The notes beneath the pieces were generated by a model, which was given only the letters and a program-made list of their open reading frames with translations, was not told the DNA's origin and did not search any database. Positions 1 through 8,715 of a stretch of DNA of 64,000 nt are shown here, in pieces (the first letter of the stretch is position 1; every line of letters begins with the position of its first letter). Source of the DNA: a virus; IMG/VR virus record IMGVR_UViG_3300017917_003388, positions 64,001 to 128,000 of that record, one strand, 5' to 3'. A program made the translations under genes and the position numbers.

Positions 1-71
1 TAATCAAATTTATCTATACCAAATTTAGATTCTATTCGTTTTATGAAATCGTCTTGAGTTAACTTATGCAT
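1..71 (-). CDS. 5' fragment of a probable homing-endonuclease-type gene (runs off window)
   Basis: ATG at 71 gives MHKLTQDDFIKRIESKFGIDKFD, resembling N-terminal repeats of phage HEG-associated proteins; preceded by the ATATTTATAATAA motif and a start-sequestering hairpin. Confidence 0.55.
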   Translation of the reverse strand, partial: MHKLTQDDFIKRIESKFGIDKFD

Positions 72-106
72 ATATTTTTATTATAAATATATGGAATAAA
101 ACTCTT

Positions 107-1012
107 TTATACGTTAATTACACGATCCCAAGCTGAGATATGTAATCTTGTTAATCCTCTAAACATATATTTCTTACTCATTTCTAATACAAATTGAGTA
201 CGTTCATGGAAGTCAGTTTGACTATCTAAACCTGGCATACAAACAATGTTTTTAAGTGGTATTTTAAATGGTTCAATAAAATCACGGAATATTTCCTTAA
301 CATCATCTTCAGTTGAAATAACAAACTTAAATTGATAGTTATGGTGTTCCATAATACGTTGAATAGCTGCAGGAACTATTCTTTGTTTCTCAGTCATACC
401 TGAGTTGGATAGCTTAGGTGAACAGTTGATTTGGTCTAGTAGACTAAATAGTGGATGGTCAATTATGATTGTACCATTAGTTTCTATTTCGTAATAAGGT
501 CCGTTTTTAACATAGATAAAATTATTATAATCTTTTTTATGACCATGTAATGACGGATAATCTTCATATCCTACTATGTCAATCCCTTGATTGTCAATCC
601 AATATTTAGTAAAATTAACAATGGCTTCTTGATGTCCTTTAATTGTAGGTTCTCCACCTGTCCAAATGATATGGATAGTACCATTTCTAATCTGTTCATA
701 GATACCCTGCTCTTTCCATTGATCAATTAGGTATTGGAAATCTTTTTCTTCACCTCTCCATAACCATTGAGAAGTACTATCACAAGTCCAAGTTGCTTTA
801 CCTTCTAACTCTAAATCGCCTTTGAATATTTCGCCATCTTCTAATGATTTTTCTTTAGCTAATTGGTTAGTAAACTTACGAGACATACCGCAAGTTAAGT
901 TACAAATACCTAAACGAATGAAATATGATGGTATACCTGTTGAAAAACCTTCCCCTTGGACTGAAAAAAAATCACTTGATATGAGTAACTTGTTTGGATC
1001 TATTTTTGACAT
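107..1012 (-). CDS. queE: 7-carboxy-7-deazaguanine synthase (radical SAM, QueE-like)
   Basis: FFSVQGEG, FIRLGICNLTC...CDS, TGGEP, EIETNG, CSPKL and C-terminal RLHI motifs; adjacent to queD. Confidence 0.9.
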   Translation of the reverse strand: MSKIDPNKLLISSDFFSVQGEGFSTGIPSYFIRLGICNLTCGMSRKFTNQLAKEKSLEDGEIFKGDLELEGKATWTCDSTSQWLWRGEEKDFQYLIDQWKEQGIYEQIRNGTIHIIWTGGEPTIKGHQEAIVNFTKYWIDNQGIDIVGYEDYPSLHGHKKDYNNFIYVKNGPYYEIETNGTIIIDHPLFSLLDQINCSPKLSNSGMTEKQRIVPAAIQRIMEHHNYQFKFVISTEDDVKEIFRDFIEPFKIPLKNIVCMPGLDSQTDFHERTQFVLEMSKKYMFRGLTRLHISAWDRVINV

Positions 1013-1039
1013 ATTTATTTTAATTTATTATTTATAAAA

Positions 1040-1630
1040 TCATCCTTTTTTGGATATATTTTGTTTTCTATCATCATACTCTATAATTCCTTTATTTAAT
1101 GCATATTGTGATATTTCATATCTTCTTTCTAAATTAAAAGCATTCCACTCTTTAGTCGAAATACTTTCTGCTAAACATTCAGTCCAACAATTTGGAGTTT
1201 CATAAATTGTTACTTTATGAATTTTTAAACCAGTTAAAGCGTCTTTATATAAAGTATTAGATAATATTTCCATTGCTAAAAATACTTCTTTAGCAATATT
1301 TTCTACTGATGGATTACAATATTCTCCTGCTCCATTTAAACTCATTAACCATAATTTAGTACCATATTCTTTTGTAGTCTCAATCAACTTATAATCATGT
1401 GGGTTTAAAATCATTCCATGATCTAAAATATCATCAATCCATTGGCAAAATACTCTTTTTATTTCTTTAAAATCAATAGCATACCCTATTTCTTCCATGT
1501 TTTCAAAACTAAAAGTTAATTCATATAAATAAGTATGCCCATGAATATTATAACATTTCATAAATTCATTCATAACTCTATGACCTGAATCAAAATTGCC
1601 TTTTCGACTTATGTATTGTATTTTTTTCAT
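1040..1630 (-). CDS. queD: 6-carboxy-5,6,7,8-tetrahydropterin synthase (QueD/PTPS)
   Basis: FDSGHRV...CYNIHGHTY, IDFKEIK, LDH, PSVENIA, YETPN motifs. Confidence 0.9.
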   Translation of the reverse strand: MKKIQYISRKGNFDSGHRVMNEFMKCYNIHGHTYLYELTFSFENMEEIGYAIDFKEIKRVFCQWIDDILDHGMILNPHDYKLIETTKEYGTKLWLMSLNGAGEYCNPSVENIAKEVFLAMEILSNTLYKDALTGLKIHKVTIYETPNCWTECLAESISTKEWNAFNLERRYEISQYALNKGIIEYDDRKQNISKKG

Positions 1631-1646
1631 AAATTAAATATGTTGA

Positions 1647-2306
1647 TTAATTTTTATATTTCCAAATATAACCATATGCTGTTTTTTGGATTCCTCTACA
1701 ACAAAAACATAAACCACTATTGTGGAAACCCAAATTTTTTGTAATATCTTTAAAAGATTCCCATTCTTTAATAAAGATTCCATCTAAACTATATTGAAGG
1801 ATAGGTAAACATCTTTTCCCTTTCATATTAATTTTTTTATCTTCAGGGAATTTTTTTCCTTTTTTAGATAATGATATTTTTAATTTTATTTCATCAGAAT
1901 ATTTTCTTCCTATAGCTTTAGAAGACATTTTTTGTTTAGTTTCTTCACTATGTTTTCTTCCTTTATTTCCTATCCCTATTTTCTTTCTATGTTCTTTAGA
2001 TTTTGGCCCTCCACCAACATCATATAAATTACAAAATAAAACTCTTTTCCAATTCCCCTTAGATTGATTAAGATAGTATTGTTTCCAATATATTTCTCGT
2101 TCATTTAATTGTTCATTAGAACATTCTTCAACTATTTCAAAAATATGATTTTCAGGGCCATATTTTTTAAGTGAATTATAAAGTTTGGGTTGTTGTTTAC
2201 AAGTTAAATTTTTATAACTATATTTCCATCTAATTTCTATATCTTTAGCTTGACCAATATATATTTTTCCTTTTGGATTTGTGATTTTATAAATTCCTAT
2301 ACTCAT
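1647..2306 (-). CDS. GIY-YIG homing endonuclease with NUMOD3 repeats and C-terminal NUMOD1/IENR1 domain
   Basis: GIYKITN...IYIGQA, HSEETKQKMS repeats, PILQYSLDGIFIKEWES...CCRG..KTAYGYIWKY. Confidence 0.9.
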   Translation of the reverse strand: MSIGIYKITNPKGKIYIGQAKDIEIRWKYSYKNLTCKQQPKLYNSLKKYGPENHIFEIVEECSNEQLNEREIYWKQYYLNQSKGNWKRVLFCNLYDVGGGPKSKEHRKKIGIGNKGRKHSEETKQKMSSKAIGRKYSDEIKLKISLSKKGKKFPEDKKINMKGKRCLPILQYSLDGIFIKEWESFKDITKNLGFHNSGLCFCCRGIQKTAYGYIWKYKN

Positions 2307-2367
2307 AATTGTTATTTTATTATAAATATATAAAATCCAAAATCTACTACCCAGTTACAAAATATAT

Positions 2368-2616
2368 TTATCCATTAATTAAATTATTTAATTGTGATGA
2401 ATTTAATGCTCCAACATAACGACGTACTTCATTACCATTTTCTAAAATAATAGTTGTTGGAATACTTTTAACATTAAATTTACTAGTATATACAGCATCA
2501 TAATCTACATCTATTTTATTTATTTGGGTTCCGGATGTTGATGCTTGTTCTATAACTGGATTTGTTTTTTGGCAGGATGGACACCACCCTGCCGTAAAAT
2601 ATAATACTTGTTTCAT
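2368..2616 (-). CDS. thioredoxin-like redoxin
   Basis: FTAGWCPSC active site and cis-Pro motif SIPT. Confidence 0.9.
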   Translation of the reverse strand: MKQVLYFTAGWCPSCQKTNPVIEQASTSGTQINKIDVDYDAVYTSKFNVKSIPTTIILENGNEVRRYVGALNSSQLNNLING

Positions 2617-2619
2617 TTT

Positions 2620-2934
2620 TTAAGATTTTGAATTCATTAATTGTTCTTTTTCTTTTTTTAATTGAGCTGCCTTCTCATAATCTTCAGATTTAACTGCAAT
2701 TTTAATTTGTTTATCAAGCTCAATTAATTTTTGTTTTGTTTCATCTATGATTGGGAAAGATTCAGAACTAGTAATTTTAGTTGTTCCATCACTAGATACA
2801 AATGTTCTTGTGATAGTTTTAAATCCATCTTTTTCTTCGGTAGATTCGGTTACAGTTCCTTGTTTTTTAAGAGCTTCCCAATCGTGTTCTGTGTTAAAAT
2901 TAAATGTACTGTTACTAAAAAAATCGAAAATCAT
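2620..2934 (-). CDS. small protein with C-terminal UvrB/UvrC (UVR) coiled-coil motif
   Basis: C-terminal LDKQIKIAVKSEDYEKAAQLKKE matches the UVR motif. Confidence 0.75.
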   Translation of the reverse strand: MIFDFFSNSTFNFNTEHDWEALKKQGTVTESTEEKDGFKTITRTFVSSDGTTKITSSESFPIIDETKQKLIELDKQIKIAVKSEDYEKAAQLKKEKEQLMNSKS

Positions 2935-2997
2935 AATTTTTAATTTTTATGGGTTAATAATATTTGTTTTAAATATAAATAATATTTTAATGTAGTC

Positions 2998-3699
2998 TTA
3001 GTTTTTGAATTTCCAAATGTATTTATATGCTGTTTTTCTTTTTTCATTACAACATTCACTTATGGCAGAACTAGTTTTATTTAATGATTTTCCAGCTTCT
3101 GTAGCACTAATCCATTCTTTAATAAAATTTCCTTTTTTATCATATTGTAGAACAGGTTTAGTTTTAACCCAATCTACTTTTCTTCCTTCTAATTTAGATG
3201 ATATTTTCTTATTTCTTATAGACTCTTTTTTATAATGTTCCAAATTAGAAGTTTTTATTTTTTCTCCTCTTTTAGGATTTTTATAACATTCATGTTCTAT
3301 TTTAGAATTTTTTATTTTATCTTTAGTATTTTGTGATAGATTTTTTCCTTTAAATCTTTTACTAACATCAGGGCGTTTTATTCCTTTTAATTTTTTAGAA
3401 GTTTCAGGTCTTAAAGTATTTTTCATCTTATGTTTAGATTCTTCTGTGTGAAAGGATAACCCACCACCTCCATCATTTTTATTTAATAAAATAAAACCCC
3501 AACTTTTATAAAGTGATACATAATGTTTTTCCCAAAACTTCCAATCTTTTTCATTTATGTAGTCTAACTCAAATATGTTTAAATCTTTATTTAATCTACT
3601 TTTATGTTGGGATTCTCTTATTTTTAAACTATTTTTAGTTTTTCCTATATAAAAAGGAATATCTTTGTTATTTAATAAACAATAAATGTAAATTTTCAT
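2998..3699 (-). CDS. GIY-YIG homing endonuclease with NUMOD1/IENR1 C-terminus
   Basis: IYIYCL...FYIGKT, LLNKNDGG, PVLQYDKKGNFIKEW...CCNEKRKTAYKYIWKF. Confidence 0.88.
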   Translation of the reverse strand: MKIYIYCLLNNKDIPFYIGKTKNSLKIRESQHKSRLNKDLNIFELDYINEKDWKFWEKHYVSLYKSWGFILLNKNDGGGGLSFHTEESKHKMKNTLRPETSKKLKGIKRPDVSKRFKGKNLSQNTKDKIKNSKIEHECYKNPKRGEKIKTSNLEHYKKESIRNKKISSKLEGRKVDWVKTKPVLQYDKKGNFIKEWISATEAGKSLNKTSSAISECCNEKRKTAYKYIWKFKN

Positions 3700-3732
3700 A
3701 ATATATCAGTCTATGCGGTACGACTATAAATA

Positions 3733-4677
3733 TCATGATTTCTCACTTCTTTCCCATTCATCACAAATTTTTTCAACATATTCTTTAACAAATTCCCAAG
3801 ATACTAAAGTACCATCTTCTTCAGCATATTGAACTGGGTCTTCTAATCCTAATTTGATAAAAGATTCACAACGTTCAATACTAGAGCCTGATTTATAGTC
3901 TGAGTACCATATTTCTCTTTCTCCAGATTCTATTTCTTCATTAGGGAATGTTGATTTTAAACTTGGAAGAATTACTCTGATAGGAGCATAACTAGTATTA
4001 GTACGTTTATAAATTTCTTTATAATCTAGACCTAATTTTTCACAGCATTCAACCCCATCTTTTAATACTCCTGTTTTATCAGTAACATTATACGGAGCAT
4101 AATAATCTACTTTATCAGAATCCCAATTTCCTATTTTAAAAGCATGTTCAATAGCTTGTCTGAATTCTTCAGAGCAATCAGGATAAATTCCGCTTTGTTT
4201 TTTATTATTGAAATCACCCATATGGGTTCCTAAAGCTATATTACATGGTTCTCCTGTTTTTTTTACTATAGATAAAGCAACAGCATATGTAATGGCTGAA
4301 AATATCGCATTACGATTTGGAACTACAGTTGTAAGAGCATTTTCATGAGCATAATGTCCTGTTTTCATTTCCATAGAATTATTATCTACTAACCCACTTA
4401 CTAGTAAATTTGATAAACCATCTAATTTAATAATTTGATGTTTAACACAATGATAAGGAGGAGTATTTTGATCAATCCACTTAAATCCTCTTTCTCGTCC
4501 TTCATTAATATATTGTACTAACTCAGTAGCGCGTTCCAATTCAACTTTATGTTTTTGACCATAATCAAATGATAGTGCTGTTACTTCATAACCATTTGCT
4601 AATAGATGAAGTAACAATGTACTACTATCCATTCCTCCACTTAATGACAGTACAGCATATTTTTGTTTATTTTTCAT
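3733..4677 (-). CDS. queC: 7-cyano-7-deazaguanine (preQ0) synthase, variant lacking the Zn-binding cysteines
   Basis: SLSGGMDS PP-loop, FDYGQKH, VPNRNAIF, YPDC motifs. Confidence 0.92.
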   Translation of the reverse strand: MKNKQKYAVLSLSGGMDSSTLLLHLLANGYEVTALSFDYGQKHKVELERATELVQYINEGRERGFKWIDQNTPPYHCVKHQIIKLDGLSNLLVSGLVDNNSMEMKTGHYAHENALTTVVPNRNAIFSAITYAVALSIVKKTGEPCNIALGTHMGDFNNKKQSGIYPDCSEEFRQAIEHAFKIGNWDSDKVDYYAPYNVTDKTGVLKDGVECCEKLGLDYKEIYKRTNTSYAPIRVILPSLKSTFPNEEIESGEREIWYSDYKSGSSIERCESFIKLGLEDPVQYAEEDGTLVSWEFVKEYVEKICDEWERSEKS

Positions 4678-4921
4678 TTTTAATTAGATTTTTTATTTTA
4701 TTATTTGAAAATGCTTCTACCAAAAATTTATAAGGATATATTAAAATTCGTTTATTTTCATGATTACTCCAAGGAACTTGTTTTGATGAAATTTTTATTT
4801 TGTTTTTTTTAGATAATTTATATATTTCATATCCTAAATTTTTATCTATAGAACCTGCACTAGTTCCTCCTAAAAAATCATAAATTGATATAAACCCGTT
4901 ATTTTCAGTATTTTCATTCAT
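4667..4921 (-). CDS. hypothetical protein
   Basis: 84-aa ORF overlapping the queC start, preceded by a host-type promoter. Confidence 0.7.
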   Translation of the reverse strand: MNENTENNGFISIYDFLGGTSAGSIDKNLGYEIYKLSKKNKIKISSKQVPWSNHENKRILIYPYKFLVEAFSNNKIKNLIKNEK

Positions 4922-4952
4922 TTTATATAACTTTTAAATAATTTTATATTTT

Positions 4953-4984
4953 GTAATATAAGTTCAATTTGTATGAAATCCAAA
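4953..4984 (-). promoter_or_regulatory. Bacteroidota-type sigma70 promoter (TTTG-N20-TATATTAC)
   Basis: matches the -33 TTTG / -7 TAnnTTTG architecture with a 20-nt spacer. Confidence 0.55.
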
Positions 4985-5042
4985 TCTTTATCAAAAAATT
5001 CTTCAATTTTTTCTTCTCTTCATCTCAATCTTTAGCTAACAT

Positions 5043-5188
5043 TTAAATTTTGTATTTCCATATAAATCCATAAGCTTTTTTTTGTTGTCCTCTACAACAA
5101 GCTACTATTCCTGTTCTTTTTTCTTCAATATTGAATAATTCAATTGCTGCTTTTTAATGGATTCCCATTCTTTAATAAAATTTCCTTA
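5043..5188 (-). pseudogene. frameshifted remnant of a NUMOD1/IENR1 homing-endonuclease C-terminal domain
   Basis: GNFIKEWESIKK / (frameshift) AAIELFNIEEKRTGIVACCRGQQKKAYGFIWKYKI*, closely similar to the C-termini of the HEGs at 1647 and 2998; no start codon or nuclease domain. Confidence 0.8.
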
Positions 5189-5196
5189 AGGGAATA

Positions 5197-5991
5197 TTAT
5201 TTGGGAAGGATTTTTTTAAATTCTTTTATATTAAATTCGATACATTCTAATTGTCTATTATTTGTTTTTTTATTAAACCAAACTTCTATTTTTTCTTCAG
5301 GTTTATTCCAACAATTATCAAATGTATATTTTAATTCTTTTAAACCAAAAATAATTGGATTACTAGTATCTATAGTTTTAATAAATGAATATTGTGGGTT
5401 TTGGTATGCTCTGAATTCTAAAAAATTTGAAGTACCCAACATATGATGATGTATGTGGTTTTGGATTATATTATTTTTTTTTAATTGATTTATAAAATAT
5501 ATTCTTCCCATCATTTTAGATACTGATAGATTTTCATGTGGGAAAAAATCTTGATATGCTGTTGAACTATGATTAAATGCAATAGCTTCAACTCCTAAAT
5601 CAACATATCGTTTATATAATGAAGAGCCTATTTCATAATCAGTACATTGGATCACAGCCATTAATTTAGTTGTTTCTGGGAGTGAATTTTTTATATTTAC
5701 CCAATGTTTAGCATTTTCTAAACTTAATAAAGCATCGTTCCATACATCTGGAATAACAAATATATCTGGTTGGAGTTCATTAATAAATTCAATTAATTGT
5801 TGTTCGGTAAATGAATCTCCTTCAAATAATCCATTATCTGCAATTATAAATCTACCATCTTTTTTAGCATTTTTATAATATTCCTTATATGGTTCAGATT
5901 TAAACCAATAGGTGGGTAGGCAAAATTCATAATCATTCCATTCCTTGCTTTTGTCCAAAAGACATAGAGGTAATTCGTGTGATACTTTCAT
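5197..5991 (-). CDS. TGT/DpdA-like TIM-barrel transglycosylase, candidate DNA 7-deazaguanine-inserting enzyme
   Basis: IADNGLFE, IPDV, AVIQ, HMLG, TIDTS motifs follow the TGT/DpdA catalytic pattern; sits at the head of the queC-queD-queE cluster; no tRNA-TGT Zn site. Confidence 0.7.
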   Translation of the reverse strand: MKVSHELPLCLLDKSKEWNDYEFCLPTYWFKSEPYKEYYKNAKKDGRFIIADNGLFEGDSFTEQQLIEFINELQPDIFVIPDVWNDALLSLENAKHWVNIKNSLPETTKLMAVIQCTDYEIGSSLYKRYVDLGVEAIAFNHSSTAYQDFFPHENLSVSKMMGRIYFINQLKKNNIIQNHIHHHMLGTSNFLEFRAYQNPQYSFIKTIDTSNPIIFGLKELKYTFDNCWNKPEEKIEVWFNKKTNNRQLECIEFNIKEFKKILPK

Positions 5992-6015
5992 AATAACTTT
6001 AATTTTTTAAATTTT

Positions 6016-6642
6016 TTAATCAAATATAACCTTTATTGTTGTATTTGATACAACTCTTGGTCCTAGATCATTATTAAATGTAGTCTGAATATATAAATAA
6101 GCTGTATCTCCCACCATTTGTTCGTCAAAAAAGAAATTTTGTTTAGGTTCATAATTATATTTACTATGAGTACCTATTAATGTTGGGGTATAAGGACAAT
6201 CTAAACACATATGTGGAGTAAGTTGATAACCAGCTATATTTAATGGTGGGTGAACTTCAGCTATATTTTGTAAGGTATAAGTTTGATTACCTATAGATAT
6301 GGGATTATTAAATTGTTTATCAGTATACCAACTAAGATATGAATACATAGCTGTTTGATATTGAAAGGTATCTAATAAAATCCAATAATTAGAATCAAAA
6401 TCTGTTTGAATTAAAGGAACACCATTTACTTCATAATAAGGATCTAATTTTGATAATTTACCCTTAACTGTAAAATAACCTAACCCATTGAATTTCACAT
6501 GTTTAAATCCGTTATTATCTAAAGAATCTCCAATAATTTCGAAATGTGAATAACAACCATCTGGGCATACTTTATCAGGATATGGGTTATCATCATCACA
6601 ACTGATTAAAAACAAACTTAATATAATTAATATATATCTCAT
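6016..6642 (-). CDS. putative lipoprotein
   Basis: MRYILIILSLFLIS-C-DDD: type II signal peptide followed by an acidic stretch like the Bacteroidota lipoprotein export signal. Confidence 0.65.
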   Translation of the reverse strand: MRYILIILSLFLISCDDDNPYPDKVCPDGCYSHFEIIGDSLDNNGFKHVKFNGLGYFTVKGKLSKLDPYYEVNGVPLIQTDFDSNYWILLDTFQYQTAMYSYLSWYTDKQFNNPISIGNQTYTLQNIAEVHPPLNIAGYQLTPHMCLDCPYTPTLIGTHSKYNYEPKQNFFFDEQMVGDTAYLYIQTTFNNDLGPRVVSNTTIKVIFD

Positions 6643-6669
6643 AATTTTTTAATAAAGATTAAAGATCGC

Positions 6670-8394
6670 CTAGCTTTCACATGCGACGCAATCAGCTAAG
6701 CGTTGTAGATTATCTCCTCTTAAAACAGATTCTGTTCTTAAATAATATAACGTTTTAATTCCTAATTTGTGGGCTTCTTTATGTACTTGAGAAATCCATT
6801 TGGGTGAATCATTAGGGTCAAAGCATAAATTTAATGAAATTGCTTGATCAACATATTTTTGGCGAATAGCATTTTGACGAACAATTTCTAATTGGTTGAT
6901 TTCTTTAAATGTTAGAAATATTTCTTTTTCTTCATCAGTCAAAATATAATCAGGTAAACCTAATACTGAACCTTGATCTTTTAAAATCTGTTCCCAAACA
7001 CTATCAATATTATATCCTTTTTTATCTAATAAATCTTCTAATATTTCATTACGCTTAATAAATACTCCTTTAGCTGTTTTCAAATTATAAACATTAGCTG
7101 GAATAGGTTCAATTGAAGGTGAAACACCCCCTGAAATATGGGCATTGGAAACTGTTGGAGCTATAGCAATATGATGAGTATGTCTTAAACCTGTACCTTT
7201 ACACCATTCTGGTTCTCCATAAAGTTCAGCTTGTTCTTTACTTGCTTTTATAGCTTCATTATATATAAATTCTGAAATAATTCTAGTTAAAGAATTGGAT
7301 TGAATACCAACAAATGGTAAATTTTTTGATTGGAGCAAAGTATGCCATCCTAAAACACCAATTCCTATAGCTCTACCTTTAACAGCTGAACGAACTGTGT
7401 TTTCCATGAATTTCATATTTTTAGCTCTATCAATAAATTCTTGTAATACACCTTCTAAAAACCAACATGTAAGTTCAGGTAATGTCATTCCATTTTCAAA
7501 TTTATAATCTTTCCATTCATCCCAACGGGCTAAATTTAATGATGATAGACAACAAATGAATGAATGTAATTCATCACTATATAAAGTTATTTCAGAACAT
7601 ATATTTGTAAATTCTACTTTCAGATTATTATTTTTATATGCTTGAGGAGTTTGATTATTTACATTATCACCAAACATTATATATGGTTCTCCTGTTTCTA
7701 AACGAGTTTTTAAAATTTCACCCCATAATTTTTTAGTTCTTACATCTCCATTTTCTAATCTTTGCATAAATTCATCATCAATTATTACACATTGATGTAA
7801 ATTTAAACATTGGCGATTAATATCACCTTTAGGTCTGCGAATTTGTAAAAATTCATCAATATCAGTATGATCCACATTTAAATTAACAGAAGCGGCTCCT
7901 CTACGAACTGAACCTTGATTAGTTGCTAAAATTGTTGAATCATATATCTTAGCCCAAGGTATTACTCCTTCAGATACACCATTATCTTTAATTTGTTTTC
8001 CTCTACCTCTAATACGAGATAAACCCATACCAACTCCTCCTCCTTGAGATGATAATCTCATCAATTCAGAATTAGCATCAGCTATTCCTTCAATTGAATC
8101 ACCTACATTAATACCAAAACATGAAATAGGCATTCCACGTTCTGTTCCCATATTTGATAATACAGGTGATGCTAAACATAACCAATTTTTAACCATCGCT
8201 TCATAAAAGTATGGTTGTAAATCTTTGCGTTTTAAACGTTTTGCTGCGGCTTTTGAAACACGTTTAAACGCTCCTAAAACATCTTCATCTGGTAATAAAT
8301 ATCCTTTGGATATCATCGATAATCCAATTTCTGTAAACCACATTGGGTAATTTTTTCCTTTAATCCAATTTGTTGTATCTACTTGTATACTCAT
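6670..8394 (-). CDS. nrdA: class I ribonucleotide reductase alpha subunit (short, no ATP cone)
   Basis: PISCF, GGGVG, RRGA, TNICSEI, IAPT, TLYY, C-terminal CVAC. Confidence 0.95.
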   Translation of the reverse strand: MSIQVDTTNWIKGKNYPMWFTEIGLSMISKGYLLPDEDVLGAFKRVSKAAAKRLKRKDLQPYFYEAMVKNWLCLASPVLSNMGTERGMPISCFGINVGDSIEGIADANSELMRLSSQGGGVGMGLSRIRGRGKQIKDNGVSEGVIPWAKIYDSTILATNQGSVRRGAASVNLNVDHTDIDEFLQIRRPKGDINRQCLNLHQCVIIDDEFMQRLENGDVRTKKLWGEILKTRLETGEPYIMFGDNVNNQTPQAYKNNNLKVEFTNICSEITLYSDELHSFICCLSSLNLARWDEWKDYKFENGMTLPELTCWFLEGVLQEFIDRAKNMKFMENTVRSAVKGRAIGIGVLGWHTLLQSKNLPFVGIQSNSLTRIISEFIYNEAIKASKEQAELYGEPEWCKGTGLRHTHHIAIAPTVSNAHISGGVSPSIEPIPANVYNLKTAKGVFIKRNEILEDLLDKKGYNIDSVWEQILKDQGSVLGLPDYILTDEEKEIFLTFKEINQLEIVRQNAIRQKYVDQAISLNLCFDPNDSPKWISQVHKEAHKLGIKTLYYLRTESVLRGDNLQRLADCVACES

Positions 8395-8528
8395 AATTTA
8401 TTTTTTATTAATTCAATTAAGTCATCAAATGTGACTATATTTTCTACTTCTTCGTCCTTTATCTCAATATTATATTTAGATTCAATAAGTTGAAGAATTT
8501 CTATCTTATATATTATATTTTCTCCCAT
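8391..8528 (-). pseudogene. truncated acyl-carrier-protein-like ORF (45 aa) lacking the phosphopantetheine Ser
   Basis: MGENIIYKIEILQLIESKYNIEIKDEEVENIVTFDDLIELIKNKL* matches ACP helices II-IV; the DSL motif and helix I are absent; stop overlaps the nrdA ATG. Confidence 0.65.
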
Positions 8529-8708
8529 ATGAATATATCTGAATCTGTTGCTTCAGCTTTATTTGTATTTTTAAAATCTGGAAAGTGTTTTTTTTAAATA
8601 ATAATTGTAAAGTTTAATTCTAACATTACCATCTGCTCCATTAGAATCTAATTCTTCAGGAGAATATATATCTATTATTTCTTTCAATAGATTTGTTAAT
8701 TTAATCAT
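8514..8708 (-). pseudogene. degenerate small gene beginning MIKLTNLLKE
   Basis: ATG at 8708 gives MIKLTNLLKEIIDIYSPEEL..., ends early; plausible continuation (KHFPDFKNT...IFIWEKI*) in another frame across an A-run. Confidence 0.45.
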
Positions 8709-8715
8709 TAGTGTA

